NCBI GenBank assembly: GCA_038851755.1
Contig: JAWCKR010000003.1
Coordinates: 44,345 to 108,344 of the forward strand
DNA from: Candidatus Hadarchaeales archaeon
Lineage (GTDB): Archaea; Hadarchaeota; Hadarchaeia; Hadarchaeales; WYZ-LMO6
Length of the DNA stretch: 64,000 nucleotides
Direction: 5' to 3'
A program made the position numbers and the translations under genes. Numbering within the stretch: position 1 is the first letter of the stretch; each line of letters opens with the position of its first letter. This document shows, piece by piece, positions 38,454 to 48,105 of the stretch. The notes under the pieces are model-generated. The model saw only the letters and a list, made by a program, of their open reading frames with translations, was not told the DNA's origin and made no database searches.

Positions 38454-39488
38454 ATGAACTTCCTCGAGTGGTGGGTGCTGAGGGTCTTGCTTATCTTCGT
38501 GGTCTTCCTACTGGGCGGTCTGATTTTCAGAAAGGTCTTGGACTCCTACCTGCGCAAGCTAACGGCCAGGACCAAGCTGGGGGAGGTCATCCTCTCCGCC
38601 CTCAGGACCCCCGTGCTGCTGATTTTCATATTGGTGGGCCTCAACTTCGCCCTCCCGGAGGTCCCCTCCATCCCCCCGGAGGTGGAGGAACGCCTCCCTC
38701 TGCTCTTCTCCCTCCTCCTCATCCCGGTGGGGGCCCTAGCCGCGGTGAGGTTGGTGACGGGTCTCCTGAGGTACTACTTTACTAAACATCCTGAGAGCAG
38801 GGTTGCCGTCCCCATTTTCTCAAGGGTCATAAAGGTCTTCGTTTATCTCGTGGCTTTCTTGCTCATTCTTCACCTCATGGGCATAGATATCACGGCCCTC
38901 GTGGCCGGTCTGGGCATAGCGGGCATCGCCATAGCCTTTGCCCTGCAGGAGACCCTCTCCCATTTCTTCGCGGGGCTCTACCTCATGTCGGAGAGGCCCA
39001 TCAGGGTGGGGGATTTTGTGGAGCTGGAGACGGGACAGCAGGGATACGTGGTGGATGTAGGGTGGAGGAGCACCAGGATCAGGGAACTCCCCAACAACAT
39101 CATCGTGGTCCCCAACTCCAAGCTGGCCGGGATGGTGGTGAAGAACTATTCCCTCCCCGAGCCTGAGATGGCCTGCCTGGTGAACGCGGGTGTGAGTTAT
39201 GACAGCGACCTGGAGAAGGTAGAGAGGGTCACCATAGAGGTAGCCAAAAATACCATGAAGAGACTGGGCATGGAGTTCCCGGGCTTCGAGCCCTTCATCC
39301 GCTATAACTCCTTTGGGGAATTCAGCGTCAACTTCACGGTCGTCATGAGGGTGAGGGAGTTCACCGATAAGTATCTGCTCACCCACCAGTTCATCAAGGA
39401 ACTGCACAAAAGGTACAGAGAGGAGGGAATAGTGATACCCTTCCCCATAAGGACGGTCTATCTGCGGGATGGTAAGAAGGAGAATTAG
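38454..39488 (+). CDS. Small-conductance mechanosensitive channel (MscS family)
   Basis: GIAIAFALQETLS, RPIRVGD and IPFP motifs. Confidence 0.93.
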   Translation: MNFLEWWVLRVLLIFVVFLLGGLIFRKVLDSYLRKLTARTKLGEVILSALRTPVLLIFILVGLNFALPEVPSIPPEVEERLPLLFSLLLIPVGALAAVRLVTGLLRYYFTKHPESRVAVPIFSRVIKVFVYLVAFLLILHLMGIDITALVAGLGIAGIAIAFALQETLSHFFAGLYLMSERPIRVGDFVELETGQQGYVVDVGWRSTRIRELPNNIIVVPNSKLAGMVVKNYSLPEPEMACLVNAGVSYDSDLEKVERVTIEVAKNTMKRLGMEFPGFEPFIRYNSFGEFSVNFTVVMRVREFTDKYLLTHQFIKELHKRYREEGIVIPFPIRTVYLRDGKKEN

Positions 39489-39495
39489 ACCCGAA

Positions 39496-40551
39496 TCAAC
39501 CTGACGGGATGTGCTCGGGGGGTCTGACCAGCTTGAACTTCATCGCCCCGTCCTCGCACCCCACCACGCAGACCCCGCAGCCGAAGCACTTCTCCGGGAT
39601 CACCCTGGCCTTGTACTTTTTGCTCCCCTCGGGCCTCACCAGCTCCACGGCCTCGAAGGGGCACCTCTCCAGACAGGTCTGGCAGCCGGTGCACCTCTCC
39701 TGGTCCACGTAGGCCTCGAACCTGCTCTTGGCGGTGAGCTTCTCGGGGGAGACCCCTCCGTACCTGTAGAAGTTGAAGAACTCGCAGCAGTCCGGACAGC
39801 AGTTGCAGATGGTGTTGATGGTGAGCTTGGAGTGGTTGGGCCCCATGTGCACCAGTCCATCCCTTTCCGCCTTCTCCAGCACCCTCAGGGCCTCCTCCTT
39901 CGTCAGGGGCTTCCCCGAGCCCCTCTTCACCACGTACTCCGCCCCCCTGTGGAACTGGGTGCAGTGCCAGGTCTCCCTTTCCTTGGTGTACTTGCAGGGC
40001 TCCCCCACTCCCTCCTGCACCAGCCTGCAGGAGCAGGGGACCGCCGCAAGCTGGGTCTGGGAGCTGACGATTTGCACGATGTCCTCACACGGTAGCACCC
40101 CCTCGAGTCCCTTGAGGGCGCCACCCGCAGGGATGACCCTCCAGATGGGCTCCGTGAAGATGGCACCCAGGAGCTCGCCCATGCCCTTGTAAAATTCCTT
40201 CCTCCCGAACTCGTACCACAGCCGGAAGTACTTCTTGTCCCTCTCCAGGTCGAGGTGCTGGGTGGCGAGGGTGGCGTCGTGGAGCTGTACCAGCTCCCTG
40301 GCAAACCTGAACTGCTCCCTCTTATCGAAGTCCTTGGGGAAAACCACCCCCTTCCTCCACAGGTCCTCCAGGATCTCCCTCACCCTCTCCTCGGGCATGC
40401 CGAGGTTGTTCGCCACATCCCGAACGCTCCCGGGGAGGGCGGCGGCCACCCTCGCCTGCTCGGGGGTCATCAGGTACTCCAGGATCTGCCTGAGAAAGGG
40501 AGACTCAGGAAAGCCCAGGCCCTCCATCAAAGGGCGAAAAGGGTCCTCCAT
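39496..40551 (-). CDS. 4Fe-4S dicluster protein with N-terminal helical domain
   Basis: PCSCR, ICNCCPDCC, CTGCQTCLERCP and CFGCGVCVVGC motifs. Confidence 0.85.
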   Translation of the reverse strand: MEDPFRPLMEGLGFPESPFLRQILEYLMTPEQARVAAALPGSVRDVANNLGMPEERVREILEDLWRKGVVFPKDFDKREQFRFARELVQLHDATLATQHLDLERDKKYFRLWYEFGRKEFYKGMGELLGAIFTEPIWRVIPAGGALKGLEGVLPCEDIVQIVSSQTQLAAVPCSCRLVQEGVGEPCKYTKERETWHCTQFHRGAEYVVKRGSGKPLTKEEALRVLEKAERDGLVHMGPNHSKLTINTICNCCPDCCEFFNFYRYGGVSPEKLTAKSRFEAYVDQERCTGCQTCLERCPFEAVELVRPEGSKKYKARVIPEKCFGCGVCVVGCEDGAMKFKLVRPPEHIPSG

Positions 40552-40581
40552 CTCTAGAATTCCCTCTGCTGGGTTAAAAGA

Positions 40582-41400
40582 TTAGGGGGAGAGGAGGAAC
40601 TCCAGCACGGTTTCCGTGACCTTTTCTATTTCCTCCTGCAGCTCGTGGGCCGAGTTCTCGAAGTAGACCAGCCTGGCTTTGGGGATGCGCTTCGCCATGA
40701 CCTCGGCGTTCTCGGGAGGGATGTACTTGTCCTTCTTCCCAGCCAGGATGAGGGTGGGGGCCTTTATCTGGGGGAGGCGGTCGCAGGCATCGAAGCTCAG
40801 GATGGCCCCCACCTGCCTCACGATCCCTTCCGGAGGGGTGGGGGCTACGAGGAGGAGGTCGGCGGCCACCTCCACCAGGCCCGGGTTCTCCCTCATGAAC
40901 TCCTCGGTAAAGATGAAGGGGAGGAGCTTGAAGGCGGTCTCCCTGTCCCATCCCTTCTGGGAGAGGAGTCCCATGATTTCGGTGACCATCGCGGCAGCCT
41001 CCCCAGGAATGGGCACCGCCTTGGGCCCTCCGCAGAAGGTGGAGGCCAGCACCAGCTTTTCCACCTTCTGGGGGTGGTTGATGGCCAGCTCCTGTGCGAT
41101 CATCCCCCCCATCGAGATGCCGAGCACGTGCGCCTTCTTTATCCCCAGGGCGTCCATGAGGCCCGCCGTGTCGTCGGCCATCATCCTTATGGTGTACTCC
41201 TCCTTGTCCGAGACGTCCGTCCTCCCAGCTCCTCTGTTGTCGAAGACGATGACCTTGAAGCGCTCGGAGAGCTTGGGTATGAAGTACACGGGATCCCAGC
41301 AATCCGCGTTTCCCATGAAGCCCATGATGAGCACCAGCGGGAAGCCTTCCCCGCGGATGTCGTAGTACATCTGGATGTCGCCAACCTTTACCTTTGGCAC
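40582..41400 (-). CDS. Alpha/beta hydrolase
   Basis: FDNRGAG and GISMGG (Ser), with Asp and His of the triad. Confidence 0.92.
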   Translation of the reverse strand: MPKVKVGDIQMYYDIRGEGFPLVLIMGFMGNADCWDPVYFIPKLSERFKVIVFDNRGAGRTDVSDKEEYTIRMMADDTAGLMDALGIKKAHVLGISMGGMIAQELAINHPQKVEKLVLASTFCGGPKAVPIPGEAAAMVTEIMGLLSQKGWDRETAFKLLPFIFTEEFMRENPGLVEVAADLLLVAPTPPEGIVRQVGAILSFDACDRLPQIKAPTLILAGKKDKYIPPENAEVMAKRIPKARLVYFENSAHELQEEIEKVTETVLEFLLSP

Positions 41401-41435
41401 GTTTTTTCTTCTCGAGGTTGGATAAAAAGCCTATC

Positions 41436-42368
41436 TCACAGCTCCAGCACCCTGGCCGCGTTCTTGCCCAGGATGGCCTCGATCTCCTCCGAGGTGAACC
41501 TTATGCCCGCGGCCTCCACCTGCGGGGGAGGGCTCCTGACCTTGTCCACCCATCCGGCCTCGCTCAGGAGGGGCTTGGGGGTCATGGGCCAGTCGCTCCC
41601 GAAGAGCACCCTGTCGCTCCCCACCACGTCGCAGATGGTCCTGAGGACCCTGTAGAAGTAGGTGGAGGGCTCGCAGTAGTTGCCCCATGCGGCCGTGTCC
41701 AGGTACACGTTGGGCTTCATCATGGCCACGGACATGGCCTCCTCCCACCACCCGAACCCCATATGGGCCATGATGATCTTCAGGTCGGGGAAGTCCGCAG
41801 CCACATCGTCCACGTACACCGGGCGGGCGAACCTGCTCAGGAGGGGAGGGAGTTCGGTGCCGGTGTGGATGAGCACGGGGACCCCGTACTCCTCGCACTT
41901 CCTGTAGAGAGGGTAGCAGACGGGATCGTTGGGGAAGAAACCGGAGGTGGGATGTAGCTTGAGTCCCCCCATCCCCCACTCACCCAGCCCCTTCTCCAGG
42001 AGCTCCGCGGCGTTCTTCCTTCTGGGGTCCACCCCTGCGAAGGCGATGAAGCGGTCGGAATAGTTCCTGGCGACCTCGGCGAAGAAGCGGTTCTGCTCCT
42101 CTATGGGGACCTTCGGTTCCCCCAGCCTCAGCCCCCAGTCCAGCGGGAGGATGACGGCCTTCTCTATGCCTGCCTCGTCCATCTCCGCGAGCAGCTCCTC
42201 GGGAGGGGCGTGCCAGAAGCTGGGCATGACCGTTTCCCAGACCTCCCCCTCGCTCAGGCTGGGTATCATGTGCCGGATCACGGAGGCAAGCCCCTTCCAG
42301 AAGGGCTCGGGGAGCCAGTCCTTCTCCCACAGGTGCGTATGTGCGTCGATGATCAGGGGAATCCCCAT
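41436..42368 (-). CDS. Amidohydrolase_2 family metal-dependent hydrolase
   Basis: DAHTH, KLHP, IHTG, AHMG and FGSDWP motifs. Confidence 0.92.
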   Translation of the reverse strand: MGIPLIIDAHTHLWEKDWLPEPFWKGLASVIRHMIPSLSEGEVWETVMPSFWHAPPEELLAEMDEAGIEKAVILPLDWGLRLGEPKVPIEEQNRFFAEVARNYSDRFIAFAGVDPRRKNAAELLEKGLGEWGMGGLKLHPTSGFFPNDPVCYPLYRKCEEYGVPVLIHTGTELPPLLSRFARPVYVDDVAADFPDLKIIMAHMGFGWWEEAMSVAMMKPNVYLDTAAWGNYCEPSTYFYRVLRTICDVVGSDRVLFGSDWPMTPKPLLSEAGWVDKVRSPPPQVEAAGIRFTSEEIEAILGKNAARVLEL

Positions 42369-42414
42369 CGGTCTTCTCCTCTCATCCTTTAATCCTACCG
42401 AAACTCTTTTCGGC

Positions 42415-43653
42415 CTAAAGAAGGGAGAGGAAGACCCAGTATACGAGGAGGTTGACGAGGGTGAGGGGCACCCCCACCCTGACGAACTCCCAGAACCTCA
42501 GGGTCTCCCCCCGTTTTTCCGCGTTCTGGATGATGATGACGTTGCTGGCAGCTCCCAGGATGGAGAGGTTCCCGGCGATGGTGCTCCCCGCTGCCAGGGT
42601 CACGAGCTCACGGGTAGAGGCTCCAGCATGTTTCAGCATGGGCAGGTAGAGGGCGACCAGGGGAACGTTGGAAAGGAGCTGGCTTAGGAGGACGCTCACG
42701 GTGAGGATGGCGGGAAGGGAGAGGGGGTTGAAGACCCCTTCCTCGAGTTTCGACTGGAAGAAGCCCGTGTCCCAGACGCTCCTCATCAGCACGAACATGG
42801 AGGCGAAGAAAACCAGCGTGTGCCAGTCCACCCCGCGGAGGACCCTCCTTCTCTGGGGACCCAGGGAGAGGACGAAGAGAGCGGGAACCAGGGCGATGTA
42901 GGTGAGCCTGAAGTCCAGGGAGGGAACAAGCGAGACCAGCACCACCTTCGCCACCACCATCGCCCCCAAGAGGAGGAGGGAGATCTTGGAGGTCCTGGCG
43001 AGCTTCGGGTCCCTTATCGGGTCCCTCGAGTGGGTGAGGGGGAAGGAGTGAAACTCCCTCCTGTAGAAGAGCTTCAGCAGGAGGTAGGCCAGGAAGAGGT
43101 TCAGGGCGGTGGGGAGGAGGAGGTACCTGGAAAAAGTGAGAAAAGGTCTTGGTACCTCGCCCCTCACGGCTATCAGGAGATTCTGCGGGTTCCCTATGGG
43201 ACTCGTCACGCTGCCTATGGTGACGGCGAAGGCCAGGGCGAGGAGCATAAGCCTTGGGGAAATTCTGTGCTGGCGGGCGAGGAGCAGGACCACCGGCGTT
43301 CCGATGATGGCGAGGGTGTCGTTCATGAGGAAGGCCGAAAGGAACCCCACGCCGAAAAGGATCAGCAGGATGAGGGAGTCCACCGATCTGGTCCTTGCGA
43401 ACATCCTGTAGGAGAGATGGGAGAGGTATCCGCTCTCCTCCAGTGCCCCCCCAACCAAGAACATGCCGAAGAGGAAGAGCATCACGTCCGGGTCTATGGA
43501 GTGCAGGGCATCTGCCGGCGGAATCTGTCCGGTGAGCAGGACGGCCAGGGCCCCCAAAGACATGATTTGCCAGATCTGGAACCTGAGGTTCCCCACCTGC
43601 CTCACCGCCACGAGCAGGAAGACGGCCGCCAGCACCGCCAGGGGGATGACCAT
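42415..43653 (-). CDS. ArsB/CitM/SLC13-like anion transporter
   Basis: FLMND, SPIGNPQN, LSNVP and AGNLSILGAASN motifs. Confidence 0.88.
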   Translation of the reverse strand: MVIPLAVLAAVFLLVAVRQVGNLRFQIWQIMSLGALAVLLTGQIPPADALHSIDPDVMLFLFGMFLVGGALEESGYLSHLSYRMFARTRSVDSLILLILFGVGFLSAFLMNDTLAIIGTPVVLLLARQHRISPRLMLLALAFAVTIGSVTSPIGNPQNLLIAVRGEVPRPFLTFSRYLLLPTALNLFLAYLLLKLFYRREFHSFPLTHSRDPIRDPKLARTSKISLLLLGAMVVAKVVLVSLVPSLDFRLTYIALVPALFVLSLGPQRRRVLRGVDWHTLVFFASMFVLMRSVWDTGFFQSKLEEGVFNPLSLPAILTVSVLLSQLLSNVPLVALYLPMLKHAGASTRELVTLAAGSTIAGNLSILGAASNVIIIQNAEKRGETLRFWEFVRVGVPLTLVNLLVYWVFLSLL

Positions 43654-43803
43654 GTTCCACTCCCTCCTCTTCCGAAGAGTTGAGGGATGGCTGGGGAAGT
43701 TAAGAACTTTCGGTCGGGGAGAGCGGAACTGGCCCTGCCGGAGGTTACAACCCCTGCGTTAGAAATTTTTAAAAAGGGGGAAAAGAAAGGCGGCGGTAAT
43801 CGA

Positions 43804-46800
43804 TTGAGCAGAAGACGGGGCAATACCTGGTTTATCTTCCTGGTGATCTTGGGCAGCCTGTTCCTGCCCCTACTGTTTCTTTCTGCTGAGGTTTCAGCAT
43901 CGCCAGGAGAGAGCCACGCCCCGATTTGCATACTGGGCGATAGTGGCTTCACGCTCGAGAATGGTGTGAACGGGGGAGGATCGGGCACGGAGGATGACCC
44001 TTACATCATCGAGAACTGGGTCATCAGTGCTGCTTCCGAGAACGGGATTACCATCAAGAACACCACGAAGTACTTCATCATCAGGAACTGCCTGGTGGAG
44101 AACGGTGGTTCGAACTTCCGGGGAATTTACCTTCAGAACGTGAGAAACGGAAGGGTAGAGAACTGCAGAGTTGAGAACCACTACTACAGCATCCGTCTCG
44201 ACTCCTCCAAGAACTGTGTCCTCTCAGGCAACATCGTGGAGAACAGTTTTTACGGTATCTACCTCACCTCTTCCGACAACAACACCCTCTCCAACAACCT
44301 GGTGGAGAACAGCGCGTACGGTATCTACCTCTACAACAACTCCGACAACAGCCTTCTCTGCGGTAACACGGTGGAGAATACCAGTCATGGCATCGTCATC
44401 AGCTCCTCCAAAAACTGCACCCTTTCCGGCAACCTCGTGGAAAACAACTCCCGTGGCATCAGCCTATCTTTGTATACGGATAATAACTTCCTCCTCGGCA
44501 ACACTGCGGAGAATAACACTTATGGCATATACCTCTATTCTTATTGCGACAACAACCTCATCTCCGGCAACATCTTGAAAAACAACTCGTGGGGGATTCA
44601 CTTGGAACCCAACAGCACCACCAACCTCATCTCCAACAACACCTTGGAGAACAACTCGTATGGGATTCGCTTGTACTCTTCCACCAACAACAACCTCATC
44701 TCCGGCAACACCGTGGAGAACAGCAAGGATTATGGTATCTACCTCTACAACAACTCCGAGAAAAACACCCTCTCCAATAACACGCTAAACAGGAACTACT
44801 ATGGCATCTACTTATGCCCCAGCTCCAAAGCCAACATCGTTTCCAACAATACCATCGACAACAGCACCAACAGTGGTATTTACCTAGATGACTCCGACAA
44901 CAATACCCTCTCCAACAACCTCGTGAGGAGGAGTTCTTACGGCATTTATCTCAAAAACTCTTCTGACAACAATACCCTCTCAAACAACACCTTGGAGAAT
45001 AACTCGTATGGGATTTACTTGCACTCCTACAACACCGCCAACCTCATCTCCGGCAACACCTTGGAGAACAACTCGTATTATGGTATCTACCTCTATCTCA
45101 GCACCACCAACCTCATCTCCGGCAACACCTTGGAGAACAACTCGTATGGTGTCTGCCTACAATCCTCCCATAACAACACCCTCTCCGGCAATCTAGTGAA
45201 AAGAAAATTCCCAGCGAGTGATAAAACAGGCATCTATCTCTACTTCTCCGACAACAACCTCATTTCAGGAAACACAGTGGAGAATAATTCGCGTGGTATA
45301 GGGATAGAAACTTATTCCGATAACAACACTCTCTCAGGCAACTTGGTGAAGAACAGTTCAGGCTCTGGTATTCATCTCATTGGCGGCGAAAACAACACCC
45401 TCTCGAACAACACCGTGGAGAACACAGGCGAAGAATCTTACCAAGCAGGTATTCTTCTCTGGAACACCAAAAACAACACCCTCTCGAACAACACCGTGGA
45501 GAACAGCTTTTATGGTATTCGTCTCTTCTCCGATGCCGATAACAACACCCTCTCGAACAACACCGTGGAGAACAGCACGTACGGTATCTACCTCGAAGGT
45601 TCCGACAACAACACCCTCTTGAACAACACCAGTAAAAACAACAGCACCTGCAGCTTCTACCTCAAGAATTCCTACAACAACACCCTCATGGCTAACGTGT
45701 ACGACAGCTCTTACGGAATTCCACGTGTTGAGAACGTGAGCCATTTTGGTATCACCGAGAACTCCGCCTGGGTGGCCTGGTCCACGGCAGAGAACTCCAC
45801 AAGCACCGTGGAGTACGGTATTACCCCTGAGTACGGCTCCACCGTGTGCGTGGCGGAGATGGTCAAGAACCACTCCGTCCCTCTTCAGGGTCTATCCCCA
45901 GCCACCACCTATCACTACCGGGTGGCTTCCAAGAACGGCGACAACAATACGGAGATTTCGGGAGATTTCACCTTCACCACACATGTGGGGTGGATGGCCT
46001 CGGAGGGATGGCTGGGAGGGGGCTGGACGGCGTCCGCCTATGAGATCTCGGAGTCCTGGTGTCTAGAGGCTTATGCCCCCTCGGTCTGGTTCGTGACGGA
46101 AGGGTGGATTCTCTTTCCGGCCGGGAGGGCTGAGTGGTTTGAGCTGGGAGAATGGACGGGAGGGGCATCCTCGCCCACCCCACCATCCCCACCTCCGGCG
46201 ATGCCCACCCCCGCTGCCACCTTCATCTCGATTTACCCTTCAGCCTTTACCCTAGTTTCAGGGGATTTCCTCACCCTCACGGCCGTCCTCGTGGACCAGG
46301 ACAACCTCCCCCTGGCCGACAAGGTGGTGGAGTGGAGCGCAACCTTCGGGACCCTCACCCCCTCCCCGAGCAAAACCGACGCTTCGGGCAGGGCGAGCGC
46401 CGTTTTCAAGGCTCCAGAAGCCGAGAGCAGGTTAGATGTGACGGTCTTCATCCGCTTCCCCGGTGACGACCAGCACCAGCCCTCCGAGGCGCAGGCTGGC
46501 GGTCAAGTCCTTCCAAAGGCCCTGGGGGGGGCCCTGGAAAGGCTGGAGAATCTCAGGGTTCAACTCGACTTGGTAGAGCCCGTCCCTACTGAAGCCCTCG
46601 TGCGGGCGATCGAGGAGAACAGGCTGGTTCTGGTGGTGACGATCAGAGAGTCCCAGCCTCCTTCGGTCCCGGAGTACGGCTCGCCAGCCATAGGGAGCCG
46701 GGTGGTGGTGGGAGCCGCCGAGATAAAGGTCGAGATAGCTTCCCCCACTCCTGAGGGGAAATCGGTCTTGATCAATCTCGACAACCGGACGCTGGAAGGG

Positions 46801-47163
46801 CTGGGCTCGAAGGAAATGAGGATTTTTGTGGACCAAGTGGAGGCCCTCCCGGCGGAAGACTACGTCGATGTTCTGGATCCTACCAACGACGGCGACAGGT
46901 GTGAGTATCTCATTCTTCTTGGGACCAAAGGTGCGCAGGTCCTCGTGTCCATCCCGCACTTCTCCCTCAGGGTCATTTCCGTCAGGGCTTCGGTAGTCCC
47001 TTCAGTCCCACGCTCCCGCCACCTTCCACTTGCGATAGGCTTGGTAATCTTCGTCGTTCTCGCCCTCCTCCTGATCTTTTGCAAGAGACCCTCCAGGTTG
47101 AAAGCACGGGCCCGTCGGAAGAGGAGGTTGACTGGGAGAGGAAGGAGGGCACTCCCCCGATAA
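43804..47163 (+). CDS. Secreted, membrane-anchored parallel beta-helix (NosD/CASH) protein with FN3-like and Ig-like domains
   Basis: Signal-like N-terminus, GSGTEDDPYIIENW, over 20 GIYL..S.NNTLSNN repeats, FN3-like VEYG..GLSPATTYHYRV, C-terminal helix with basic tail; TTG start chosen about 30 bp after TTTTAAA (track start 43687). Confidence 0.88.
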   Translation: MSRRRGNTWFIFLVILGSLFLPLLFLSAEVSASPGESHAPICILGDSGFTLENGVNGGGSGTEDDPYIIENWVISAASENGITIKNTTKYFIIRNCLVENGGSNFRGIYLQNVRNGRVENCRVENHYYSIRLDSSKNCVLSGNIVENSFYGIYLTSSDNNTLSNNLVENSAYGIYLYNNSDNSLLCGNTVENTSHGIVISSSKNCTLSGNLVENNSRGISLSLYTDNNFLLGNTAENNTYGIYLYSYCDNNLISGNILKNNSWGIHLEPNSTTNLISNNTLENNSYGIRLYSSTNNNLISGNTVENSKDYGIYLYNNSEKNTLSNNTLNRNYYGIYLCPSSKANIVSNNTIDNSTNSGIYLDDSDNNTLSNNLVRRSSYGIYLKNSSDNNTLSNNTLENNSYGIYLHSYNTANLISGNTLENNSYYGIYLYLSTTNLISGNTLENNSYGVCLQSSHNNTLSGNLVKRKFPASDKTGIYLYFSDNNLISGNTVENNSRGIGIETYSDNNTLSGNLVKNSSGSGIHLIGGENNTLSNNTVENTGEESYQAGILLWNTKNNTLSNNTVENSFYGIRLFSDADNNTLSNNTVENSTYGIYLEGSDNNTLLNNTSKNNSTCSFYLKNSYNNTLMANVYDSSYGIPRVENVSHFGITENSAWVAWSTAENSTSTVEYGITPEYGSTVCVAEMVKNHSVPLQGLSPATTYHYRVASKNGDNNTEISGDFTFTTHVGWMASEGWLGGGWTASAYEISESWCLEAYAPSVWFVTEGWILFPAGRAEWFELGEWTGGASSPTPPSPPPAMPTPAATFISIYPSAFTLVSGDFLTLTAVLVDQDNLPLADKVVEWSATFGTLTPSPSKTDASGRASAVFKAPEAESRLDVTVFIRFPGDDQHQPSEAQAGGQVLPKALGGALERLENLRVQLDLVEPVPTEALVRAIEENRLVLVVTIRESQPPSVPEYGSPAIGSRVVVGAAEIKVEIASPTPEGKSVLINLDNRTLEGLGSKEMRIFVDQVEALPAEDYVDVLDPTNDGDRCEYLILLGTKGAQVLVSIPHFSLRVISVRASVVPSVPRSRHLPLAIGLVIFVVLALLLIFCKRPSRLKARARRKRRLTGRGRRALPR
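44620..45575 (+). repeat. Intragenic coding repeats with identical DNA copies
   Basis: 41-nt ccaacctcatctccggcaacaccttggagaacaactcgtat at 45038 and 45107; 34-nt aacaacaccctctcgaacaacaccgtggagaaca at 45391, 45472 and 45541. Confidence 0.9.
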
Positions 47164-47181
47164 TTCATTCCACGAAGGTTG

Positions 47182-47256
47182 TGGAGCCGGGGGCCGGAAT
47201 CGAACCGGCGTAAAGCGGGTCTGCAGCCCACCGCCTAACCACTAGGCTACCCCGGC
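47182..47256 (-). tRNA. tRNA-Cys(GCA)
   Basis: GCCGGGG...GTGGG-CTGCAGA-CCCGC...GTTCGATTC...CCCCGGC-T-CCA; U73 and G37. Confidence 0.96.
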
Positions 47257-47323
47257 TCAACCCCCTCCCCCTTCCCCGATAAATCCTTTTGGGAGCCTTT
47301 TTAGGTCCCCTCCCCCTTTCCAG

Positions 47324-47596
47324 GTGATGTACAGGGTGATCCTGGAGGTGAAGGAGGTGAGGGGCCTCTGCTCCGCCGGCTACAAGCCTGGGGACAGGCT
47401 GGTGATACAGGAGCCCTCCGTTCTATCGAAGGAGAGCGCGGATGTCTGCCTCTACACCATAGGTGCCTTCCTGCCCTACCTGACCGCCCTCTACAGGGAT
47501 ACTCCTGACGAGGATTGGATAAACCAGGTCCAGGAACTCCAGTGCCCAGATGTTCGCAACACCGTGGTCTTCAGGGTGCTCAGGGAAAAGCTCTGA
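47324..47596 (+). CDS. TIGR04076-like small Cys-containing protein
   Basis: GLCSAGYKPGD, VCLY and QCPD motifs. Confidence 0.75.
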   Translation: MMYRVILEVKEVRGLCSAGYKPGDRLVIQEPSVLSKESADVCLYTIGAFLPYLTALYRDTPDEDWINQVQELQCPDVRNTVVFRVLREKL

Positions 47597-47640
47597 GTCC
47601 CAAAGGCTTTAAGGCGGGTGCTGGAAGTGGGACGAGCGAC

Positions 47641-48105
47641 ATGAGGAGAGCCAACCGCGGGATTCTCAACTCCAAGATCCTCCATGGTCTGAAGGTAAAG
47701 GAGGTGATGAACCGGAAGCCACCGACGGTGCCGCCCGAGGCTCCCCTGGAGGATCTCTTCGAGCGTTTGCTTACCCAGGCTGAGGACTTTCTCCTGGTGG
47801 TGGACGAGAGAAAGAGACTGCTGGGGGTGATCACGGAGAGCGATGTGCTTCAGGCCCTCCACCCCCATGTCCCTGGGACGGTGGTGGGTTCCCTGTGGAA
47901 GGAAACCAGAAAAACGGTGGCCAGGACTGCAGGGGAGATCATGACCGAGAACCCCGTCACGGCCACCCCGGACATGACCGTCCACCAGGCCCTCGACCTG
48001 ATGCGGGCGCACAAGGTCCGCCGTCTGCCGGTGGTGGAGGGTCAGAGGCTGGTGGGGCAGCTCTCGGTGAAGAACATCCTGGAAATCCACAAGTTCGTGA
48101 GGTAG
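47641..48105 (+). CDS. CBS-domain protein
   Basis: Tandem CBS motifs LGVITESD and VRRLPVV. Confidence 0.9.
   Translation: MRRANRGILNSKILHGLKVKEVMNRKPPTVPPEAPLEDLFERLLTQAEDFLLVVDERKRLLGVITESDVLQALHPHVPGTVVGSLWKETRKTVARTAGEIMTENPVTATPDMTVHQALDLMRAHKVRRLPVVEGQRLVGQLSVKNILEIHKFVR

Noticed and set aside
45391-45574. Three identical 34-nt repeats with 47- and 35-nt gaps resembling a CRISPR array
   Set aside because: In-frame beta-helix coils inside a long ORF; periods are multiples of 3; no cas genes or leader
44140-45700. AAC-rich repeats suggesting a diversity-generating retroelement
   Set aside because: No reverse transcriptase in the window and no template/variable pair differing only at adenines was seen; AAC reflects Asn ladders
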